A stretch of 64,000 nucleotides of DNA from Leucoraja erinacea (taxonomy: Eukaryota): assembly GCF_028641065.1 (NCBI RefSeq), contig NW_026576619.1:248001-312000 (forward strand), read 5' to 3'. How positions within the stretch are numbered: position 1 is the first letter of the stretch; every line of letters starts with the position of its first letter. A program made the position numbers and the translations under genes. Below are positions 34,701 through 49,700 of the stretch, one piece after another. The notes beneath the pieces were generated by a model. The model had not been told where the DNA came from and made no database searches. It saw only the letters and a list, made by a program, of their open reading frames with translations.

Positions 34701-37700
34701 GGGGGGGGGGGGGTGTGGGGTGTGTGGCCGAGAGACAGAGTGGTTCAGACACGCGAGACCCATGTACGTCACTCGCAGTAGACCTGCCCTCCCCCGCCAA
34801 CAAGCGCCTGCCTACCACCCCGCCCCCCCCCTCCCCCGAACTACCCCCCCCCCCTCGTTGTACTGTTTGGTGTTGCGGGGGTCCTGAAGACCACCACCGC
34901 TCCGGAACAGACCGGTTGCTGGGGGGGGGGCTCCCAGTGGTGGTGTTCAGGGGCCCGTGTATGTGTCTCCTCCCCCCAACCCTCTCCCCATCAGCTGCTC
35001 TGCTGCCCCTACCGTGTCGGTATTTCCCAAAAGGTTGTCCAGTGACATATCCCATGTTCCGGTGAAGGAGACTCTGCCAATCATGTTGGGGGGGTACCCG
35101 TGCTGTTGGGGGGGGGGGCGTGAGGGAGGTCCTGGCTCCTCCCTCCCCCTTCCCCATGTATATGGACGTGCTGTGTTTTTTGTTAGTGGTCTCCAAATCT
35201 GGTGAAGGACATTATTGCCATAGAGGGAGTGCAGAGACGGTTCACCAGACTGATTCCTGGGATGTCTGGACTGTCTTATGAAGAAAGACTGGATAGACTT
35301 GGTTTATACTCTCTAGAATGTAGGAGATTGCAGCAGGGGATTCTTTCTCGAAACTTTACAAAATTCTTAGGGGTTGGCCATGCTAGATGCAGGAATAATT
35401 GGCTTTCCTGAATTGTTAGGGAAGTCCAGGACAAGGGTGCCTAATGTAGATTCAACAAGCTTAAAGGATAAAGGGAAATCCATTTAACTGAAACCTGTGG
35501 ATGATGATCAGATGTTGACTTTTTTTTCCACAGAGAGTGGTGAATCCTCTGGAACTCTCTGTCCACAGAGGGATGAGGGCAGTTCATGTGGCTATCATTC
35601 ACAAGAGGGAGTTAGTGTGGCCTCTTTGTGGGTACGAGGGGATCATTGGGGTATGGAGATAAGGCAGTATCTGGATCCTGGGTTATGATGAAATCACCCT
35701 GACATATTGAATGGCGGTGCGGGGGCCTCGAAGACGGCGGAATGGCCTCTACTCCTGCACCTATGTTCGAGGTTCTACTACATGTCTTTTTAACTGATTT
35801 CTTGGCATTCGTATGGTGGTCCGAATCATAGTCCCACATGTAAGGGGCTGTCGCGCCGTTGATAGGGGGTGGGGGTGGTCCCAGCATCTGCCCCGATATC
35901 TCGGAGAACAGACGTGCACACCCTCTGCTCCGCCCCCCCCCCGCACCAAAGTCCCGCAAGCCCCGCGTGCCCGACATTCCTCTCCCTGCGTTCCCCGACC
36001 ATCACCTCCTCCAGCGTGCCGGATGGCACTCGGTGGCCAGCTGGCAGCTCGGTGCCTAGCCGTCGGGGGCATTTGCGGTGCAGGGCCCCAAGAACGGGAT
36101 AGAAGATGCCTTTAGTTCAGACCCAACGTCCCCTCCGGTAACGGCAACCCGTCTGCGACCAGCCCCCCCGCTGCATCCTTCTTCTTCACTCTGGACCACT
36201 GGCAGCGGAAGCTTGCTGGTTTCACACTCCCTCACACACACACACACGGACGGCGCACTCCGACTCCTGGCACAAGGCGACGTCAAAGACGTTAGCTATG
36301 GAAGTCGGTGACTATACCGATACGACAGAGGACAGGAGCAAAGGCAACAGGGATCACAACCACGACGCCAGATAGCAGACACGCCGCAACACAGACAGAC
36401 GGCCAACAGGGCGGTGGGCGGAGGCGGATAGAGGGGGAGGGGAATTGAGGGGGAGGTGATGAGTTCCCATTCCACCCACAGCCGTCTGGCCCCAACCCCA
36501 CCACCTGTATGCCACCCACCCCCTCCCCTACACTTGCGCCCCCCCTCCCCCCACCTTCCCACTCCAGGGACCCCACCCTCCCCCAACCAAACCACCAACC
36601 TGATTCTCCTCACTCTTGCGTCCATTCTTGCAACATGGTTGAAGCAGCAAGCACACCGCGACAGGGCGTTCCACAGAACTCTGCGAGCTCTGCAAGAGAC
36701 AGGACGGTGAGCGTGGTGCTGGACCCCCACACGGGGGGTCGGTGATCTGCGTGAGGGGGGTATGGGGTTCGTGTGTTTGGGGTGTGGAGTTTTGGGGTGG
36801 TTGCGGGGTGAGGTCGGGGGTTGGTGAAATTGGGGTATTTGGGGGTGGGGAGTTTTGGGGTGGGGGATGAGGCGGTGGGAGTTTTGGGGTGGGGGGGTTT
36901 TGGGGGGTGGGGAGTTTTGTTTGGGGTGTGGGGGAGTGAGGGGCGTTCGGGAAGCTTTTGGGGTGGGGATTTGTAGGTGTCGGGTGGTAGGCGAGGTCTG
37001 CTCGCTGCGCCACGAAACATGAGGAGTGTGGTGTAGTTGACGGGTGTTGGGGCGTAGCGCCATTCCAGGAGACTTGGACGGTGGTGAGGAGCCCCCCCTG
37101 GCGAGACCCTGGCGGCTTCTCCAGCGAACTCTTCTCCTTTGGCGACCGACCAAACTCGTTGCTGCCCCTCACTCGCTTATATTCCTTACCATGCCCCGAG
37201 TCGGAGAGTTCCCGCCGTCTGTTTGGAGATGCACACAGTCAGCCGGGAACCAACGCGGTAGATCCTATGCTGGCTACCGATCAGTGACCGCTGGGTGCTC
37301 CCGACTCCGGGACAAGAAAGAGACCCGATGGGGACCGACCACCGGGGAAAAGACACACCAATGTGGGACCGAGCCCAGCAGACCGCTGTGAGACCGACCG
37401 GAGACTATGGTAACCGTGACGTGGAGACCGCTGGGGGAACCGCTGCCGGAGACCGACGGGGACCGACTGTGGGGCCACGCAGCACAGAGTGAGAGCATTG
37501 GCACGTACCGGGGATAAACAGATACGTGCAGGTAACGTGAGGTTCAGGCAGATCCAGCACACAGGGCACAGTACCGCACCACGCATGACACCCACAACTC
37601 ACACAAGCTCTCCCTCCCTCTCACCACATCCACATGCATTCCATCCACACACACAACGCAATCCATACGCACACGCACACAGCGTCAACTGACCACCACA

Positions 37701-40700
37701 CGCCATCAACACACAGAGGCGCTGCACCACGCATCCCATATACCCTGCGCACACAGCCATGACTCAACCGGAACCACTGTGTGTCACTCCCCCCTCCCCA
37801 ATCGACTGCGCCCAATCTCCTCCCCCCCCTTACCGATTACTCGTTGGTACGCCCTGTTGCCCCTGCTACACCCCTTTCACACACGCCTGTCGGAACGCTT
37901 CCTCGGGTGTGGTGGGGGCCTGTTGTTCAGGTGTAAGGCTCTGACCAGGACGTTGCTGAATTAGGGCCCACGAAAAAAAAGGCCTCTCTTGGGCTGGAAA
38001 CATCTGTGAGGAAGGGCCTGCAGGTTGCTGGCGTGATCGCAGGTCTTGGGAGGCCCGGGCCGGTGGAGGGGGTGTCGGGGCCTGTTCCTGGGTCCCCCCT
38101 TGTTTGCCGGTGGCCCCTCCCTCGGTGTTACCAACGGCCCAGGCCGCATGCCCCATGCTCCTCCTCCATGTCACCCACTGTCCACACCCACAGGTCCATA
38201 TACACGCACACCATAGCAACTGGAACCACTGTGGTATCCCCCTACCTCAGACTTGCTGTCCAATCTCTCCCCCCCTTACCGTTGCTCGTAGGGGCTGGAC
38301 CAGCCCGTTCAAACCACCGGGCCTGTCGGGGCCAGGGTTCGGTGGGGGCCGGCTGTTTCAGGGGGAGCTTATGACCAGGAAGTTGCGCCCGAATGTAGGG
38401 GGCAAAAAAGGAAGCATCTCTTGGGGCTGAACATCTGTGAGGGAGAGGGCATGCAGGTTGCTGGCGATGGCAGGTCGTTGGGAGGCCCCGGGCCGTTGGA
38501 GGGGGTGTCGGGGCGCCTGTGTCCTGGGTCCCCCCTTGTTGCGGGGCCCCTCCCTCGGTGGGACCAGGCCCAGGCCCAGGCCCAGGCTCCTCCTCAATGT
38601 CACCCAGGTCGGACCGGGACTCCTGGCTGTTCATATCGGAGTCTGACTCCATGTCGAAGGCAGCCTGCTCCTCCTCCTCACTGGGCTCTGAGCCGGAGTC
38701 AGACCCCTCGCTGTCCTTGGCAGAGTCCTCGCTGGGGTCCGAGTCAAAACCCTCGCTCAGATCACTCTCCTCCCCACGCTGTCGTTGTCTCCGCCGTCGG
38801 AGCTGGCACAGACGTGGGTACTTCTTGCCCCGGCCCTTGACGACCCCCGTGGCACCGTTTGCCAGCCGGCTCGCTGCCCCATCCGGACCCTCCTGATCCG
38901 GGGCCTGCGGGGGAAGGGCTGGGCCCTCCGGCACATCTAGGGGGGGGGACAAGGTTAAATATTAACATCAACATCACGGGGTAAACACAACATTGGGGGG
39001 GGCACAGCTAACGTCAGCTGATTAACCCCCCCCCCCCATTGCATGGGGTATGTATAGGCAGGGGAGGGGGAGGGGGAAGGTTATCTTGGGTCGGGTGGTT
39101 GAGGGGGTGGAGGGGGGTGAGGGAAGGGGTCAGGGTGGAGTTTGGGGGTCAGGGTGGGGTTGGGGGAGTCAGGGTGGGGTTGGGGGGGTCAGGGTGGGGT
39201 TGGGGGTCAGGGGGGGGGTGGGGGGGTCAGGGTGGGGGGGGGTCAGGGTGGGGTTGGGGGGGGGGTCAGGGTGGGGTTGGGGGGTCAGGGTGGGTTGGGG
39301 GTCAGGGTGGGGGTTGGGGGTCAGGGTGGGGTTGGTGGGGGTCAGGGTGGGGTTGGGGTCAGGGGGTGGTTGGGGGGTCAGGGTGGGGTTGGGTCAGTCA
39401 GGGGTGGGTCAGGGTGGGGTTGGGGGGGGAGAGGGTCAGGGGGGAGCGGGCTTAGACCTCGGGGGGGGCTCGCTTCCTTAACCCTGGGGGGTCGGGCTGC
39501 AGGGTGGGCACGCTGTTTTTCTCCTTCCTCCAGCTCGGCCTGTAGGCGGATGTTGACGTGATTGACCAGGTGGGAGAAGAAGAGGGCCAGGGTGAAGGCG
39601 ATGGCCGCGCTGTACTGCTTCATACCTGCACAGCAGAGCGGTCAGTTGGGAGCCCCCAACACCGGGTAAAGACCCTCACCCCAACTCACCCCCCCACTCT
39701 CCCCCCCAACACACCCCCCCACTCTCACCCCAAGTCACCCCCCCACCCACTCACCCCCAACACACCCCACCCCACTCGCTACCCATCCCCCCTACCACCC
39801 CCACCCACCTCACCCCACCCCCCCCCCACCCCAATCCCCATCCCCCCCACCCTTACCCCGACACTGGGTAAAACCCCCTCACCGTAACCCCCCACACAAC
39901 CCCCCCACCCCCCATGCCAGGAGCGCCCCTACCTGTCTTCTTCAGGCTGTGCACACTCATGAGGCAGATGAGGAGCATGTGGAAGACCAGCAGGTCGGGC
40001 AGGAAGCCGAATCCTCGCTCATATTCCTCCTCCTCCTCACTGCAGCCGCTCTGACCGACAGAGGACGGGAGGTAGAAGAGGCACAGGTTGAAATCCTCCA
40101 GCACAGACTGGCAGATTGATGTCACCTCCACCTCCGACGTGCTGGAGAGAGAGAAGGTGTAGCAAGATTCAGGGTCACATGTCAATCACCAGCTCCCTCC
40201 ATTACACAATTACATTTATATTCAATAACTTTCACCACAAGTAATAAAACAACCCTCACCAGACCAACATCGCCACGAATTTTTGCAACTAAACGCCAAA
40301 CCACCATGTTAGAATGTGAGAAGGAACTGCAGATGCTGGTTTACACCAAAGATAAACACAGAGTGCTGGAGTAACTCAGTGAGACAGGCAGCAAATCTGG
40401 GGAGAAGGAATGGGCGGCATTTCAGGTCTGAAGAAGGGTTTCAATCCAAAACGCCCCCCATCCCTTCTATGTGGAGATGTTGCCTGTCCCGCTGAGTTAC
40501 TCCAGCACTGCGCCTCTGTCTACAATATTACAGCCCTGACCCAGGGTAGAGTCCATCTCCCACGGTGCCCAGCGTTCCCAGAACCTCTCCACGGTGCCAA
40601 GCGTTCCCGGAACCTCTCCATGGTGCCCAGCGTTCCCAGAACCTCTCCATGGTGCCCAGCGTTCCCAGAACCTCTCCACGGTGCCCAGCGTTCCCAGAAC

Positions 40701-43700
40701 CTCTCCATGGTGCCCAGCGTTCCCGGAACCTCTCCATGGTGCCCAGCGTTCCCGGAACCTCTCCATGGTGCCCAGCGTTCCCAGAACCTCTCCACAGTGC
40801 CCAGCGTTCCCAGAACCTCTCCATGGTGCCCAGCGTTCCCAGAATGGTGCCCAGCGTTCCCAGAACCTCTCCATGGTGCCCAGCGTTCCCGGAACCTCTC
40901 CACGGTGCCCAGGCAGGCAGTCGGTTCGGGCAGAGCCCTCCTCTGTCTGGGTGGTACCTACATAAAATGAGCTGCAGCACGAAAACATGCCCTTCATCCC
41001 AGAGTCCACGCCGACCAGCGATCCCCGCACACTGGCACTATCACACCTACACACTAGGGACAATTCACAATCCCTTTACCAAAGCGAATTACAAACCTGT
41101 ACGTCTATGGAATGTGGGACTAAACCGGAGCACCTGGAGAAAACCCACATGGTCACAGGAAGAGCGTACAAACTCCGTACAGACAGCACCTGTGGTCAGG
41201 ATGGAACCCGGGTCTCTGGCGCTGTGAGGCAGCAACTCTACCCGCTGCACCACCGTGCCGTAGAGACATGGATGGAATAGGTTTGGAGGGATTTAGGACA
41301 AAGGGCCTGTTTCCTGGTGAATGTCTTTATGACTAAACATTTATTGTTAGTTTAGAGATACAACGCAGACACACGCCCTTAGGCCCACCGAGTCCGTACC
41401 AACCAGAGACAAGACCCCACACACACTAGGGACAGTTTTACATGTATAACCAAGCCAATTAATTTACAAAACTGCATGTCTTTGGATTGTGGGAGGAAAC
41501 TGAAGGTCTCGGAGAAAACCCATGCAGGTTACAGGGAGAACGTGCAAACTCCGTGCAGACAGCGCCCGTAGTCAGGATCGAACCTGGGTCTCTGCAGTTC
41601 GAGTCATTCTCATAGAGTACAGGCCGTTCAGCCCAACCTGTCCACATGTCCCAGCTACACTAGTCCCACCTGCCTGTGCTTGGTCCATATCCCTCCAAAC
41701 TTGCCCTATCCATGTACCTGTCTAACTGTTTTTTAAATGTTGGGATAGTCCCAGCCTCAACTAGCAGCTCGTTCCATACACTCACAGCTCTGTGTGGAAA
41801 AGTTACCCCTCAGATTTCTATTAAATCTTTTCCCCTTCACCTTGAACCCATGTCCTCTGGTCCTCGATTCCCCTACTCTGGGCAAGATAGTTGTATCTTT
41901 CCTGCAGTTTGCTCGATCCAATGTGTCTGGGTTGCAGACCAAAGCGACTGGAACCTCCCCCTGTAACCTGACCCCACAAAGCTCAACAATGTGGCCTGGG
42001 ACACTCCCTGTTGTAGCACAAACTGCAGACAGCACCGGCTCAAGTTACTCTCTTCTCTCTGTGGGTCGACTCGAGAGAGACAGCACAAAACCGGTCTGCC
42101 ATCCCCCACCAGTAACTTGGCAGCACTGCCCCAGCCTCGCACATAACAGCAGGCCCAGGCTTGTATAGATCAAACCCTGACACACAGCAGCAAGCCCAGA
42201 CTGTCTGATACACACTGGGTAAGGATGGGACCCTCACACACAGCAGCAAGCCCAGACTGTCTGATACACACCCTCACACACAGCAGCAAGCCCAGACTGT
42301 CTGATCTGATACACACCCTCACACACAGCAGCAAGCCCAGACTGTCTGATACACACTGGGTAAGGATGGGACCCTCACACACAGCAGCAAGCCCAAACTG
42401 TCTGATACACACCCTCACACACAGCAGCAAGCCCAGACTGTCTGATACACACTGGGTAAGGATGGGACCCTGGCACACAGCAGCAAGCCCAAACTGTCTG
42501 ATACACACCCTCACACACAGCAGCAAGCCCAGACTGCCTGATACACACTGGGTAAGGATGGGACCCTGGCAGGGGATGCAGGAATCCCAGGCAATGTGAC
42601 ACACACGGATCAGTAAAGATGGAACTGTGTGGCACGGGACACTCACCTGTGTTTGGGCTGCAGCAGGCTCTGCAGGTACATGAAACTCACCAACAGACGC
42701 TTGATGTCTCTCGATCTGATAAATAAAAGCACAGGTGAAGGTTACAGCAACAGAGCACAGAACACAGGGAGGGAGGGAGTGAGTGAGTGAGTGAGTGAGT
42801 GAGTGAGTGAGTGAGTGAGTGAGTGAGGGAGTTAGGGAGGGAGAGAGGGACGGAGGGAGTGAGGGATTGAGGGAGGGTTTTGCAGCTGGAAGCCATGGGT
42901 GTACTGATACACACCCTCACACACAGGCAGCATCTCCAGGGACCCGACGTGTGCTGTTGCACACCCTCACACAATGGTGTTGGGGCAGCAACTGCCCGCT
43001 AGCCCTTTGGTCTAAGGATGGGACCAGTTTCTTTGTGTCTGTTCAGGAATCCCATGGCAATGGCACCTTGGCCACGCCTCAGTCAAAAGATGGAACTGTG
43101 TGGCCCGGGACACTGGACCTGTTTCAAAAGGCAGCAGGCTCTGGCCGGTACAGCGGACAAAGACAACAGACGATGATGTCACTCGAGTCTGTTTATAACG
43201 AAAAGCACAGGCGAAGGTTACGCAACAGAGAACAGAACACAGCGAGGGAGTGAGTGAGTTGAGTGAGTGAGTGAGTGACGGGCAGAGGTAGTGAGGGGCG
43301 TGAGTGAAAGTGAAGGAGGGAGTCTACCGCCCCCCCTCCTTGCCCGTGAGAGGGAGTGGAGGGACGGCCGGGAGGGACGACTCCCCCCCCAAAAGGGAAT
43401 CTCAGGTGAGGAGGGACGGATCACTCTCCCCCCCCCCCCCCCCCGAGAGTGTGTAGTGAGGTTTTGATCTCTCTCCCCCCCCCCCCACAGTGTGGAGCTT
43501 CCAGGGAGGTCCCCCCCCCCAGGAGTTTAGGAGGGAGTGTAGCTAAGGGATCACTCTCCACCCCCCCCTCTCCCCCCCCCCCTCAATGGAAGCTCCCTCC
43601 CCTGCCCCCCCCCCAACACATGTTTCCAGCAGACAGGTGCCTGGATAGGACAAGTTTAGAGGGAGATGGGCCAAATGCAGGGAGGTGGGGCTAGTGTAGA

Positions 43701-46700
43701 TGGGGCATGTTGGTTAGTGTGGGCAGGTTGGGCCAAAGGGCCTGTTTCCATGCTGTACCACTTCATAGCAAAAGGATTTGAGTACAGGAGCAGGGAGGTT
43801 CTACTGCAGTTGTACAGGGTCTTGGTGAGACCACACCTGGAGTATTGAGTACAGTTTTGGTCTCCTAATCTGAGGAAATACATTCTTGCCATAGAGGGAG
43901 TGCAGAGACGGTTCACCAGACTGATTCCTGGGATGTCAGGACTTTCATATGAAGAAAGACTGGATAGACTCGGCTTGTACTCGCTAGAATGTAGAAGATT
44001 GAGGGGGGATCTTATAGAAACTTACAAAATACAAAAGGGGTTGGACAGGCTAGATGCAGGAAGTTTATTCCTGATGTTGGGGAAGTCCAGAACTAGGGGT
44101 CACAGCTTAAGGATAAGAGGGAAGTCTTTTAGGACCGAGATGAGAAAATCATTTTTTACACAGAGAGTGGTGAATCTGTGGAATTCTCTGCCACAGAAGG
44201 TAGTTGAGGCCAGTTCATTGGCTATATTTAAGAGGAAGTTGGCCCTTGTGGCTAAAGGGATCAGGGGGTATGGAGAGAAGGCAGGTACAGGATACTGTTG
44301 GATGATCAGCTATGATCATATTGAATGGCAGTGCAGGCTCGAAGGGCCGAATGGCCTACTCCTGCACATATTTTCTATGTTTCTATGTGACTGCACCAGA
44401 GGCCAGCAGAACGATGAACTATCAGTGGCACCTACCATCTGAGGTAGTAGTAAGTGGCATCCACGTTGTAATACTTGCTGCCAGCCAGGGTCCCGAGCTG
44501 GTTGAAGGGCATGCCTGACGAGACAGACAGACAGACAGAGACAGGATCAGTTACAGGCTTCACAAACCCAACAAAAGCTCATCAAGATCAAGATCAAGAT
44601 CAACACCAACAGCCCTCGCCTCCTTCACTGTATCATTCACTTTAGTTCAATGATACAGCGCGGAAACAGGCCCTTCGGCCCACCGAGCCCGCGCCGACCA
44701 GCGATCCCCGCACACTTGATTAGTTCAGAGATACATCACCCAGACTCACCCACGTGAGGAGCCACCGACAGCGACTGGTGGTAAAACCTCTCGGCCAGCT
44801 GCTCCGTGTCCACCCCCGACAACTCGTTCTGGTATCGTGCTGAAAGACAGTGAGGACAGGAGTGAGTGACGGGACGGGAGTGACGGGACAGAGTGACGGG
44901 GCGGAGTGAGTGACGGGGCGGAGTGACGGGACGGGAGTGACGGGACGGGACAGAGTGACGGGACAGAGTGACGGGACAGAGTGAGTGACGGGACAGGAGT
45001 GAAGGGATGGGGAGTGAGTGACAGGGGACGATAAGTGAGTGACGGGACAGAGAGTGACGGGAGTGGGAGTGACGGGGCGGAGTGACGGGACGGCGTACTG
45101 ACGGGGCAGAGTGACGGGACGGAGCGAGTGACGGGACGGGAGTGAGTGACGGGACGGGAGTGACGGGACAGAGTGACAGGCCGGGACAGAGGGACGGGAC
45201 GGAGTGACGGGGCAGAGTGAGTGACGGGACAGGAGTGAAGGGATGGGAGTGAGTGACGGGACGGGAGTGACGGGACAGAGTGACGGGGCAGAGTGACGGG
45301 ACGGAGTGAGTGACGGGACAGAGTGACGGGACAGAGTGACGGGGCAGCCAGGACTGAACTGCGGAATCTGTCACGACCGGGCAGCGTGTTGGCAAACGGG
45401 AGGGGTCGATACGAGGACACTGTCTAATGCAAACCACACTGACCAATGACCACAGTGACCACAGTGCTGAGGCTCTACAAACATAGACAATAGGTGCAAG
45501 ACGAGGCCTTTTTGCCCTTTGAGTCAGCCCCGCCATTCAATATGATCATGGCTGATCATCCACAATCAGTACCCCGTTCCAGCTTTCTCTCCATTAACCC
45601 TAAGAGCTAAATCTAACTCTCTCTTGAAAACATCTGTGGCAGAGAATTCCACAGATTCACAACTCTCTGGGTGAAAAGATTTTCCTCATCTCAGTCCAAA
45701 ATGGCCAACCCCTTATTCTTAAACTGTGACCCCTGGTTCTGGACTCGCCCAACATGGGGAATATTTTTCCTGCATCTAGCCTGTCCAATCCCGTAAGAAT
45801 TTTATATGTTTCAATACGACACCCTCTCATCCTTCTAAATTCCAGGGAATATTAGCTCAGTCGACCCATTCCCGCTGCATATGCTCCCAGGAATGATCCC
45901 AGGAATATGTAAGTTAATCTATGATGAGCATTTGATACCATTGATGCCCTTACTCATCAAGAACATGCCAATCTCCGCTTTGGAAATATCCACTGACTTG
46001 GTCTCCACAGCTGTCTGTAGCAAAGAATTCCAGATTCACCATTCTCCGGCTAAAGAAAATTCTCATCATCTCCTTCCTAAAAGAACATCCTTTAATTCTG
46101 AGGCTGTGACCTCTGGTCCTAGACTCTCCCACTAGTGGAAACATCCTCTCCACATCCACTCTATCCAGGCCTTTCACTATTCTGTACATTTCAATGAGGT
46201 CCCCCCCTCATTTTTGTAAACTCCAGTGACTACAGGCCCAGTGCCGACAAACGCTCATCATAGATTAACCCATTCATGTGCTGACCCTCTCCTGAGCTGC
46301 ACATCCTTCCTCAGATACGGTGCCCAGAATGGCACACAATATTGCCAATGCGGCCCTGACCAGCACCTTATTGAGCACGAGATCAGAGGGCTACTCCACA
46401 GATCCCAGTGCCAGGGAGGGGAGAGGAATCCATCAGCCTGTGGTCCCGTTTGCACCCAGGTGCTAATACTTACCAAGGTCTCCCAGGTACATCAGGCACC
46501 TGTGACAAGCCATCTGAGCCCATTCCATTTCCTTGCCTGAAGCTGTCACCAGTTTCCTCCGACCTACTCAAGAGAGAGGAGGAGAACCCCTTCAGATTCA
46601 CAGATGGAAGACAGACCATTTCACACAATAGACCAGCTGACATTCCCAGGCTCAGTGTTCCTGCACAACAGGGAGGTAGAGGCGTTGAAGAAGGAACTGC

Positions 46701-49700
46701 AGATGCTGGTTTAAACCAAAGATAGGCACTAAACGCTGGAGTAACTCAGCGGGACAGGCAGCATCTCTGGAGAGAAGCAATGGGTGACGTTTCGGGTTGA
46801 GACCCGTCTTCAGACCTGAAACTTCACCAATTCCTTCTCACTAGAGATGTTGCCTGTCCCGCTGAGTTACTCCAGCATTTTGTGTCTATCTTTGGGGAGG
46901 TAGAGGCACTGTCCATGCCGATCACCAATCACCCCGCACATCAACACTATCCTACACACGGGACAGTTTACAATTTTACCAAAGCAAATTAACCTACAAA
47001 TATGCACGTCTTTGGAGTGTGGGAAATCAGTGCACCCGGAGAAAACCCACGCGGTCATGGGGAGAACGTGCAAACTGCACACAGACCGCACCCTGTGGTC
47101 TGGACAATTGGCCACCCCTCTCTTTCCCCCCTTCGCACCCCCTCTTCCCCCCCCCCCCCCCCACACCCCCTCCCCCCCCCCCCCCCAGCACCACCTCCCC
47201 CCACCCCCACCCCCCTCCCCCCCCCATCCCCATCCCAACCACCCTTCCCCCTCCCCCCCCACCCCCACGCCCCTCCCCATCCCCCCCCCCACCCTCCCCC
47301 CCCCTCCCCCTCTTCCCCCTCCACCACCTCCACCCCCCTTCCCCCCATCCCCCCACCTCCACACCCCCCTCCCCCCCTTCCCCCCACCTCCCACCCCCCC
47401 TTCCCCCCTCCCCCCCCCCAACCACCCTTCCCCCTCCCCCCCCACCTCCACGCCCCATCCCCCCCACCTCCACACCCCCTCCCCCCCCGTGCTGGAGACT
47501 GACCTATGAGGGGGTCTGTGACGTGTGTCCAGTCAATGGAGCTGTGCAGTTCCAGCTGGTAGTGAGACTGGACGTAGAGCAGCAGGTGCTGGTAGAAGCC
47601 GATGCCAGCGATCAGGTGGGTGCGGTACGCACACTCTAGCGCACTCCGGCTGTGGATGTGCTGCCACACACAACCGGGCAGTCAGACAGGCACATTCTGG
47701 TAAACCCCCTGCACCCTCTCCCTGTAGCTGAACCCCTCTAATCCAGGCAGCTCTAGTAAACCCCCTCTCCACTCTCTCCCTGTAGGTGAACCCCTCTAAT
47801 CCAGGCAACTCTGGTAAATCCCCTCTCCACTCTCTCCCTGTAGCTGAACCCCTCTAATCCAGGCAACCACTCTCTCCCTGTAGCTGAATACCTCTAATCC
47901 AGGCAACTAGTAAATCCCCTCCACCCTCTCCCTGTAGGTGAACCCCTCTAATCCAGGCAACTCTAGTAATCTCCCTGCACCCTCTCCCTGTAGGTGAACC
48001 CCTCTAATCCAGGCAACTCTGGTAACCCCCCTCTCCACCCTCTCCTGTACGAGAAACACAACCGTCTAGGCAGCGTCTGGTAAATTTCCTCTGCTCCATT
48101 TTCCTCCCTGTAGTGTGAACGACAACTAATCCAGGCAGCTGGTAGAAAAACCCGGCTCTTTCCACACTCCTGATATGTACAGTGAAACCCTACTGGAGTT
48201 CAGTAATCTAGCAACTCAGGGCCTGGACCTCTCTTCCTGTAGGTGAACCCATCTAACAGTTTAGACAGAGTAATCCCCTGGTCCCTGTAGGTGATCCAAA
48301 CACCATCAGGCAAGTCTAGTAGATCTCATAGAATGCACCCAGGGAGGAGGGAGGGTAGGGTGGGAAGGAGGGGGGGAGGGATCCAGGGAGAGCTAGAAAT
48401 CCCCTCTCCACTCTCTAGGGGGGAGGAGGGAGGTAGGTGGGAGGGAGGGAGGGAGGGAGGAAAGAGGAGGCAGAGGGGGTAAATCCCCTATGCCCTCTGA
48501 TCCCTGTAGGTGCTCCCTCTAAACAGAACTCGATCTACTCTTCCCCTCTCCACCCCATTCTCCTGAACCCTTATCTGGTCACCTTTCATGTCCGTACTAA
48601 ATCACCAGTAAAGCAGTGACCCGTACAGGAACCGAACCCATGACCTTGTGCATTATCAGCACCAGGCTCTTTCCACTAACTCCTGATATGTACAGAACCA
48701 TAGCGCACTGGATTCAGTAATGCAGCAGCACTCAACCCCTCTGGACTTCTCTCTTCCCAGGCCCCCCTCCCACCCTTCCTCAGAGGCTCAATCCCACCCC
48801 AGGATCCCCAAACACCATCCCCCCCCAGAGAGTCATAGACCCGTACCCAAAGCGCAAGGAGGGAGGGAGAGAGGGGGGGGAAGGAGGGGGGAAGCCTCTC
48901 TCCCCGTAACTAGGGAGGGAGGGAGGGAGGGAGGGAGGAGGTGAGGCGGGCTCTACCTTCTTGTTGGGGAGGGAGGGCTGGATGACCTCGTAGTAACCTT
49001 CCTCCAAAGGGCTCCTCAGCCTTGCGACCGTAGTCCACAGCGTGCAGGACATCAGCTTCACACACAGCTCCCTCAGCCTGGGACCCAGCACAGGCTGGTC
49101 AGGGAACACAGGGTCCAAGCAGATGCACCCAGACCGGCCCCACCCAGACCCCCCCCCACCGTTATCACCCAGACCACCCCTACCCAACCAACTGAGCTAG
49201 GACCCCCCCACAGGCTGGATTCAACATTAGCAGCACTCAACCCAGATGCCTCCCCTGCCACCCCCCCACACCCACACATGTCCCCCCATCACCCTCACCC
49301 TCCCCACCCTACCCAGACCACCCACGACCAGACCACAACCTGGGACCCCAGCGCAAGGATTCAATCATTCAACAACACACCCTCCTCTCCACCCCTGCAC
49401 CCCGTACCACCCCTACCCAGACCACAAGCTGGGGACCCCACAGGCTGGTCAGCAACACACTGGGTTTGAGCACTGCACCCAGACCGGCCCCACCCAGACC
49501 ACCCCAAAGCCGCTCCACACCCTGACCAACCCACAACCACACCGCCCCCACCCCCTCACCCCCCCCTACCCAGACCTCAACCTGGGGACCCAGCACAGGC
49601 TGGTCAACACAGGGTCCGAGCAGATGCACCCAGACCACCCCTCACCCTTGCGACCCCACCCCCACACCGCCCCACAGCGTTCCCAGACCAGCCCACACTG

